Source: a virus (lineage: Duplodnaviria > Caudoviricetes). From it: a DNA stretch of 29,377 nucleotides. Position 1 is the stretch's first letter. Each line of letters begins with the position of its first letter. Under the pieces are notes generated by a model, which was given only the letters and a program-made list of their open reading frames with translations, was not told the origin of the DNA and ran no database searches. The position numbers and the translations under genes are program-made. Shown here piece after piece: positions 23,020-29,377 of the stretch. Location: positions 1 through 29,377 of IMG/VR virus record IMGVR_UViG_3300032112_000032; one strand, given 5' to 3'.

Positions 23020-25514
23020 ACGTCAGGCGTTGATGGATTATCGACAGTCACAGAATCGACGAAGTTTCTGTTGATGTCCTCAATACGTTTAGCAACGTCA
23101 GGCAACCTGTTGGAGAGTTCCAACACGGCGCTTTCCGGTGAATACTCAATGCTCATGATCTGTAAGGCAATTCCAGGAGCATTTGTGATCTCGTAATCCC
23201 ATGAATCAACATCCCATGTTACGTCATCCCATGCATTGTCACTCTTTGATGTCGCATTTTTGATTTTAACGGTTTGCCCTACTTTTAAAGACTCAATGTC
23301 ATATCCTTTCCCGTCCATTTGCCCGTTGTTGTCTAGGACTTTAATTACAACACGAACCTCGGGACTGCTTTGACTGTCCAAAATCCTGCCTGCGATAATA
23401 TCTGCCGTTGTTTCAACTGATACGCGTTGATCGATATACTTTGTTGAGAATTCGCCAAACTCGGAGACGGATGATGTGTTCGTGTATTTCTTGTAAATTC
23501 CGTCACCGACGAAATAGATCGTGTTGACCATGTTTTCTATGCGCTTTTCTGGCATGTACTCTGAGATATGGTGGCCGAGAACAAGTTGATGATCGGCGGC
23601 GTCGTTTTTTTCGTGCATTTGGACAATTCCAAAGTCATCAGCAAAGCCGAATGTCGCTCCTGATATCACACCGTGACGGTCATTTTCTGAAACGTCCATA
23701 AGTTTATTGTCAGATGTCTTGCTCCCGTCATAAGAAAAGCGCGTTACACCGTCAGTCCTGAAAACAAGTCTGTACAGTTTCCCGTCAAAAAACCTGCTGG
23801 AATTATTTAAACTGCCGATTCGCCAGTTATTGGCTTGATTTGCAGTATCATAATCGCCTGCATAAGCAGCAGTTGTAACGACAGCACCGTTTTTGTAGAT
23901 CGTGGCTCCCCCAAGAGCATTGTAGGTAAAGCGGTATGTCGCGCGTTCACCGATTACTGCTACACCGTCAGAGGTAATGAGATCCATATACCCCGGCGTT
24001 CCTGCTGTCTTAATGGAGAAAAGAATTTTTCCATCATTTTGGATCTCAATTAGATCGGAACGGACGGCTCCATCTCTTTGTAGCAATATTTTTTGCGTAT
24101 TTACGACATCCGGCTCAAATTCGATCGTGACATCAAGATCATTGCGCAACTGGACAACATGACCCTCGACATTATCATTTGTGCCGTCAAAAGAGAGGTA
24201 TCTGTCTTTATCAGACGGGTCGATGCGGAAATACCACCCCAATGGCGACAACTCTAGCACCTTGCGCATGGCTTCCAAAAAGGTGTTTGTATTGAATGTG
24301 TAGCTTACGGTTGTATCAGTGTCGTCAATAGAGCTGTACGTATAAGAAAGCATTCCATCACGCGCTGTAAATTTATCCAACAGATCCCGCATAATGTCGC
24401 TTGGGTCTTGAGAGAGATATTGCACCGTTGTTGCGATTCCATCCAAAAGCATCATGCGCCCACAATACCATGCGTCAGACAAAAGCGTGACTGTCACTCC
24501 CTCCTCATTTCCGCGTATAAAAGGTGTGTATTTTGTAATATATCCGCTATACACGACAACACCGTCAACATCGGTATCTCTGTCAAAGCAATATACCTTG
24601 ACGCGATTGCCGTATTTGACATCCGAATTCTCCCCGTAATTGGATTCAAAGAGAGAAAGATTGATGGTCAATTCTCCTGCACCGCTATTGATCGCCATAG
24701 AAAATGATGGGGAGTTCTTGATGTGTTCTTTGCTCCACGTCTTGATAAAATTTCCTTCAGCGTCATATACCTTGTACACATATCTCTTTTCTTTGATTGT
24801 TCCGTCGACAGTCCATGGAACCGTTGTCTTGAGAAAGCCGATTGCCCTAAAAGCAACAGTCAACGCCTGATCTCCGACATTGTGCAGAAATTTTGTGACA
24901 TAGGTCAACGGGTTGAGAGTTACGTTTGCAGACAGACCCTCTAAGATCGTTGGAGTTCTTTTTGAAAGGATTGCTTCTTCGATCGTCACGCCAAAAGTTA
25001 CAGGCTCGACGGTATGCTCATAAGTGTCGGGGGAGACGGTTGCCCACACGCAATATTGATTTGTTCGATTAACCAAAGTCACAGTGCTCGGCATCGTACC
25101 GTATGTGTAATCTTGGTATGGCTGATTCGTCGAAACGCCACCTGAATCAATGTAATTTACACCGATACTGTCAAAGCTGTCAGGCGCACCATAGATGATC
25201 GCTATATAGTAGGTTGTATTTTCATCAACATGCGGAGGGTTTGTAAAAGTGAACGTCTCGACTTTTCCCGCCGTAGGTTGAACATCATCACCGTACTTTT
25301 CCTCTGTTTCCGCGATCTTGTTGCCGCTTGCATCATAAAGGGCCATTCTTGCACGTTCGTCAGAATCCCATTTTCGTTGGACTGAAGATCCTCCGATATA
25401 AGCATGTAAACTGACAACCGTCCCATTGATTGGACAAAGACCACGCGCACCGCGAATCTTGTTGCGATTAACGTATGTCGTATAGGTGTAGGTTGTTTGT
25501 CCAAATGTCTCCAT
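23016..25514 (-). CDS. Tail tip (Tal-like) protein with extra N-terminal domain and LamG-like insertion
   Basis: Downstream of Dit; YKVYD..G.FIKTW hub start; YLSFDGTND...FFDGKL...GATFG insert. Confidence 0.75.
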   Translation of the reverse strand: METFGQTTYTYTTYVNRNKIRGARGLCPINGTVVSLHAYIGGSSVQRKWDSDERARMALYDASGNKIAETEEKYGDDVQPTAGKVETFTFTNPPHVDENTTYYIAIIYGAPDSFDSIGVNYIDSGGVSTNQPYQDYTYGTMPSTVTLVNRTNQYCVWATVSPDTYEHTVEPVTFGVTIEEAILSKRTPTILEGLSANVTLNPLTYVTKFLHNVGDQALTVAFRAIGFLKTTVPWTVDGTIKEKRYVYKVYDAEGNFIKTWSKEHIKNSPSFSMAINSGAGELTINLSLFESNYGENSDVKYGNRVKVYCFDRDTDVDGVVVYSGYITKYTPFIRGNEEGVTVTLLSDAWYCGRMMLLDGIATTVQYLSQDPSDIMRDLLDKFTARDGMLSYTYSSIDDTDTTVSYTFNTNTFLEAMRKVLELSPLGWYFRIDPSDKDRYLSFDGTNDNVEGHVVQLRNDLDVTIEFEPDVVNTQKILLQRDGAVRSDLIEIQNDGKILFSIKTAGTPGYMDLITSDGVAVIGERATYRFTYNALGGATIYKNGAVVTTAAYAGDYDTANQANNWRIGSLNNSSRFFDGKLYRLVFRTDGVTRFSYDGSKTSDNKLMDVSENDRHGVISGATFGFADDFGIVQMHEKNDAADHQLVLGHHISEYMPEKRIENMVNTIYFVGDGIYKKYTNTSSVSEFGEFSTKYIDQRVSVETTADIIAGRILDSQSSPEVRVVIKVLDNNGQMDGKGYDIESLKVGQTVKIKNATSKSDNAWDDVTWDVDSWDYEITNAPGIALQIMSIEYSPESAVLELSNRLPDVAKRIEDINRNFVDSVTVDNPSTPDV

Positions 25515-25515
25515 G

Positions 25516-25921
25516 CTAAGAAATTGTTATTGCACCGTCGTTGTCGAAATAGATCAAATATTCGTCACCGTCATAAAGCGTTACAGAGGCACCCTTGAGA
25601 CCATCCGATCATCTTGTCGCCGGTTGTTGAATCATTATAGAGAACGACATACCGAAAAGGACCAACAACGCCGCCTGATGCCGTCAAAGACAGGTCCTCA
25701 AGAACCAGCGAATAAGCACCTGATGTTTGGCTTGACGATGTGATCGTAACTGTTCGATCAGAAAGATACGTGTAATCCACCTGCGTTATATCTGCCAAAA
25801 CTGAGTTCGTTGCTATGGGGGCGGTGTTTGTCAAAGCAACCTTGAGAGTGTCCCCGCTCAGATTGTGGACTTTTTCCGCGAGATCTTCCACGAAACAGTC
25901 GAATTTATTAAATGTAGCCAT
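25516..25921 (-). pseudogene. Small virion/tail protein with frameshift near 25593-25600
   Basis: After MIGW an alternative frame reads GASVTLYDGDEYLIYFDNDGAITIS*, ending 1 nt before the next ATG. Confidence 0.7.
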
Positions 25922-25938
25922 ATGTTTTTCTTGTTAAT

Positions 25939-26691
25939 TTATAAATACGTGGGAGCGTAGAGCAAAAGCAGGTCGTAATCCGCGCTAGTGCCATCGTGAC
26001 GGACAATGACGACGTTTTGCCCGATATTTAATCGCGGATATATGCCCTCATAATTGATGACTGTGCCGTTGAGTGAAACGGTGTAATTCTTTGATTCAAT
26101 GATCAGCACGTCGCCGTCTTGGAATGTAGCGGGGCATGTGATCATGTCCCCACCGATTGTGAACGTCAATTCTGTCATTCCACCGGCAGTATTGATCGTA
26201 ATGGTTGCAGAGTATTCAGGATATGCGCTTCCATATACCGTTACAGTCTCCGATTTTTCCGCATCTGTAACATCCGTCACCTCGTGAATTCTGTGACTTG
26301 GATTTATTCCAACACCGTCAGGCACCAAAAATTCAGCAGTAAAAGGGACAAAAGTGATGTGATAATGTTCTCTGTCGCATTTGAATGCTGTTGATGTGAC
26401 AAAATATCTGCGTGTCGTTCCTGCATAATCGATGTCCAGTGGTCTCTTTTCTCTGCTGAACAGTTCTTTTGCTTCGTCAATGTATTGGTCCAGCTCCATT
26501 GCGCTTGTTGCTTTGATATAGCCCGTAACGACAATGACCTTTGACCTATGCGCCGTATTCATCACGAAAGCCCCTCGCTCACGCGCAAGAACACCGCTGA
26601 AGATGTCGCGGTCAGGTGTTTGCTCGTGCCGTATCGTATTGACCACATAAGGGTCTTGATGGAGCGCCACATTGTCGAAAAGGATGTTCAT
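25939..26691 (-). CDS. Distal tail protein (Dit-like)
   Basis: Directly after the tape measure gene; FLVPDG, GDVLIIES, YPRLNIGQN. Confidence 0.75.
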   Translation of the reverse strand: MNILFDNVALHQDPYVVNTIRHEQTPDRDIFSGVLARERGAFVMNTAHRSKVIVVTGYIKATSAMELDQYIDEAKELFSREKRPLDIDYAGTTRRYFVTSTAFKCDREHYHITFVPFTAEFLVPDGVGINPSHRIHEVTDVTDAEKSETVTVYGSAYPEYSATITINTAGGMTELTFTIGGDMITCPATFQDGDVLIIESKNYTVSLNGTVINYEGIYPRLNIGQNVVIVRHDGTSADYDLLLLYAPTYL

Positions 26692-26694
26692 ATT

Positions 26695-28275
26695 TTAGAA
26701 AGCATTTATGCGGTTTAGTTCGTTGTCACGACCGATCGATTGCTTTACAAGTCGAATGATCTTGTCAATGTCCGCGTCACTGCGCACGACTGGATTGTTG
26801 AACACGATATTGATTGATGCCGACTGAGGGTTTTTCTCAATTCGCCCATTTGAGGAAGGTATGAACATTTCCGGCCCATTTTCTCCGACCATGTATGCTT
26901 TGCCGCTTGTCATTGAGCCACCTACTGCGCGTGATGGTAATTTTGGGATCGTGAACTCCTTACCGCCAAATTTTGGAACCCAATCAGGCGCTTTAAATCC
27001 TTTCCCGCCGATAGTTTTGTTCCAAACAGCGACAATGGCATCAACCATGTCAAAAAATGCGGTTTTTATTGGCTCGAACATCTTTTTTGCCACACCGACA
27101 ACGGAACTTGCAAATGATGAGAACATTGATTTGATGTTGGAAAGCGCGCCTCCCCAGTTTTCTTTGAATCCCTCAATCCATAAAAAGATAAGATAGAAAA
27201 ACTGTTCAAACTGTTTTGATAATGTCACGACTGCCAGAGCAATTGCTTTGAAAACAAACGCTATGACAGTGCCGAACATTTTTACCACTTCGATGATAAT
27301 TCGTATCGTTTCCTCATTGTTTTTGAACCATTGCACCATTTCTTTGATCCACTGAATCACGTTCATGATTGCCGGTATCACCTCATTTTGCATCGTTTCA
27401 AGTGCAAATGTCCTGATCGATTCTTTGTTTTGTTCAATCCATGTATAAAGGGTGACTGCCGCCTCTTTTACTTTATCAAAAAGACCTCCTTTAATTATTT
27501 CACCAGTAGCTGAAACACCGACGATTTCCATGCCAAGAATTGAAAAGCTGTCCTTTAGGTTGCTGATAAGACCACCAAGAGTTGCAGACTGTTTGATCAT
27601 CAAATCATTGAATTGCCCGCCTTGGCCAGTCATTGATTGCAAAGCTTTTTCAACCTCTGGAAAGCCTACCTTGCCTTGTTCTACGAGTTTTTGCACCTCT
27701 CCCTCCGTCACGCCAAACTGTTTTGCAAGCTCTGCAGTGAGCGGAATGCCGCGATTTGTAAATTGATAAAGGTCTTTAGAGAAGAGACGACCTTGAACAC
27801 GTGTCGTTCCATAAAGCCACGCCATGTCGGCAAGATTGAGATTCAACCCTGCTGAAATATCGCCAAGCATGGTCGTCGTTTTGATTACATCTTCCTGTGC
27901 AAATCCGTATGCCAAAAGTTGTTTTGACGAAACGACAAGCTCATCAAGTTGGAAAGGTGTTTGCTTTGCCGTTTCCACGATCTCGCTCAACAAGTTTTTG
28001 GCCTTGTCAGCACTGCCAAGCATCGTCTCAAACGCCATGGAATATTGCTCAAAATTTGCTGCGTTCTTTAAGGAATAAACACCGGCAGCGGCAACAGCAC
28101 CGCTAAGCGCCGTAATACCGACAGTTGCGATACGGGCAGCCGCTCCGATCGCGCTAAAAGCTAATCCTGATGTTTTTTCTAGAGAACCGACATCGACACT
28201 GACTTGTTTCAGTGTTTTTGACGCGTTATTCTGTGCATCTATGATGATCTGAAGTTGTGCATTAGCGTTTGCCAT
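26695..28275 (-). CDS. Tape measure protein
   Basis: FETMLGSADKA, TPFQL, QLLAYGF, LGDIS, QFTNRGIP, SNLKDSF; C-terminal RAVGG..YMVGENGPE. Confidence 0.92.
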   Translation of the reverse strand: MANANAQLQIIIDAQNNASKTLKQVSVDVGSLEKTSGLAFSAIGAAARIATVGITALSGAVAAAGVYSLKNAANFEQYSMAFETMLGSADKAKNLLSEIVETAKQTPFQLDELVVSSKQLLAYGFAQEDVIKTTTMLGDISAGLNLNLADMAWLYGTTRVQGRLFSKDLYQFTNRGIPLTAELAKQFGVTEGEVQKLVEQGKVGFPEVEKALQSMTGQGGQFNDLMIKQSATLGGLISNLKDSFSILGMEIVGVSATGEIIKGGLFDKVKEAAVTLYTWIEQNKESIRTFALETMQNEVIPAIMNVIQWIKEMVQWFKNNEETIRIIIEVVKMFGTVIAFVFKAIALAVVTLSKQFEQFFYLIFLWIEGFKENWGGALSNIKSMFSSFASSVVGVAKKMFEPIKTAFFDMVDAIVAVWNKTIGGKGFKAPDWVPKFGGKEFTIPKLPSRAVGGSMTSGKAYMVGENGPEMFIPSSNGRIEKNPQSASINIVFNNPVVRSDADIDKIIRLVKQSIGRDNELNRINAF

Positions 28276-28460
28276 TGTTTTTCAGTTCACGTTGCATGTA
28301 TTCACGTGCAATATCGATGAACCAATTAGGCTGATTAAGGTAGGTCTGGTAATCCCAGCCCATGTATTTGCAGAGTAGGAATGTGTGGAGTTCAGGAAGG
28401 ACTGTGCAGAATTGACCGCTTGTAACGCGGTTGATCTGACGGATCAGTTCGTTTTTTTTT
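28262..28460 (-). CDS. -1 frameshift extension of the tail chaperone (gpGT-like)
   Basis: Slippery A AAA AAA; open -1 frame NELIRQ...LCKYMGWDYQTYLNQPNWFID...GKR*. Confidence 0.8.
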
Positions 28461-28749
28461 CTTCATCGCCGTTTGTGATCTTATCGATAGCGTCTTTGAC
28501 GACATGGAAATCTTCACGTGGGAGCAAAAGGACTTTTTCCACTACATCTTGTGTGTCACCATTCACACTGACCACAACGATCTCGATCGCCTTGTCTTGG
28601 GATTTTGCGATGACTGACGGGTCAATGCTTTCGAGTGTCTGTCCGATCTTCATGCCGGAGAACAAAACTGCCTGAATGTCTCTCTCATCTCGCCCTGTGA
28701 TGTAATCTTTGAGGACAACTACGGTCCCGTTTGGTGTTGTGATCTCCAT
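28444..28749 (-). CDS. Tail assembly chaperone (gpG-like)
   Basis: Between tail tube and tape measure genes; ends EEKKTN over an A9 run. Confidence 0.8.
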   Translation of the reverse strand: MEITTPNGTVVVLKDYITGRDERDIQAVLFSGMKIGQTLESIDPSVIAKSQDKAIEIVVVSVNGDTQDVVEKVLLLPREDFHVVKDAIDKITNGDEEKKTN

Positions 28750-28750
28750 A

Positions 28751-29377
28751 TTAGTAGGATGCATTAGTGTTGGTTAGGATTGCCGTGGCAATCTTTGCAT
28801 CTCCCATCGAGTAATGCGCTTTGAAATTGATGGACTGTTTTACTGTTTCATTCATGCCACCTGATTTGTCCCATCCATGGAACTTCACCTTTGCAAGATC
28901 GATCACAAGACCAGGGTTGCTTGCCGTGCCGATTGTGACGCCTGTGTTTGCCAAAGATAGACGCAAAGCGCGTGCCGTATTTCCCTCATGAATTGCTTTG
29001 AGCGTCGTGCTGTCAAAAACCGCTTCAATATTACCCTCAATCGCAAAAACGGTGTTTTGAATGTCTGCCGGTTCGTTTGACTTGAATTTCCAAATAAGCT
29101 CTGGATTCTTTTCAATGGAAAGTTCGACAGATTGAACATCCACATCACTTGCTGCATCCAATCCTGTAAGATCTGATGCCAGTTTCAATGCGATATGATT
29201 TGACGTGAACTCAGATTCCGCAGTGTCGTAGGCAGGGGTAGCAGTACCAGCTACGCCTTTCATCGCCATAAAGCCAGCTGTGTATTCGATGAATTTACCA
29301 ACTTCGGCGTTGATCTTGAGGCTTGAAAGCATCGCGCGCACGTATGCGAGTTGCTGATTGCTGTTCTTGACCTCCAT
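28751..29377 (-). CDS. Major tail tube protein (probably 5'-truncated by the window edge)
   Basis: Position upstream of chaperone and tape measure genes; beta-rich; ends LTNTNASY. Confidence 0.75.
   Translation of the reverse strand: MEVKNSNQQLAYVRAMLSSLKINAEVGKFIEYTAGFMAMKGVAGTATPAYDTAESEFTSNHIALKLASDLTGLDAASDVDVQSVELSIEKNPELIWKFKSNEPADIQNTVFAIEGNIEAVFDSTTLKAIHEGNTARALRLSLANTGVTIGTASNPGLVIDLAKVKFHGWDKSGGMNETVKQSINFKAHYSMGDAKIATAILTNTNASY

Larger units (their letters stand above)
1..29377 (-). mobile_element. Temperate siphovirus-like prophage (partial) with a mobilisation-like block
   Basis: int/xis, replication, recombination, lysis and tail modules. Confidence 0.85.

Noticed and set aside
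22152-25514. Diversity-generating retroelement acting on tail genes
   Set aside because: No reverse transcriptase or TR/VR repeat pair seen in the window

Overview
Left 29 kb of a temperate siphovirus-like element, probably a prophage, with almost every gene on the - strand. The window opens at the integrase stop codon and ends inside the tail tube gene. Left to right: (1) 1-8.2 kb, an integrative/mobilisation-like block with a tyrosine integrase, excisionase, small genes, a VirD4/TraG-like ATPase, two Replic_Relax (MOB-C-like) proteins and a highly structured intergenic region; (2) 8.3-18.4 kb, phage early/middle genes (Acb2/Tad1-like protein, DUF1064, DUF5662, replication initiator with iterons, NinB-like, SSB, YqaJ exonuclease, ERF, wHTH), interrupted by a BglII/BstYI-like nuclease plus MT-A70 methyltransferase cassette; (3) 18.4-21 kb, a DUF932/DUF2958/HNH insert; (4) 21-29.4 kb, lysis and tail genes, including a -1 frameshifted tail chaperone. 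The best candidate for a new system is a phage-mobilisable-element hybrid. Its Shine-Dalgarno-less phage backbone resembles Patescibacteria (CPR)-associated sequences, while its SD-led cargo resembles Desulfobacterota elements. All family and taxon calls come from motif recognition and recall, not database searches.
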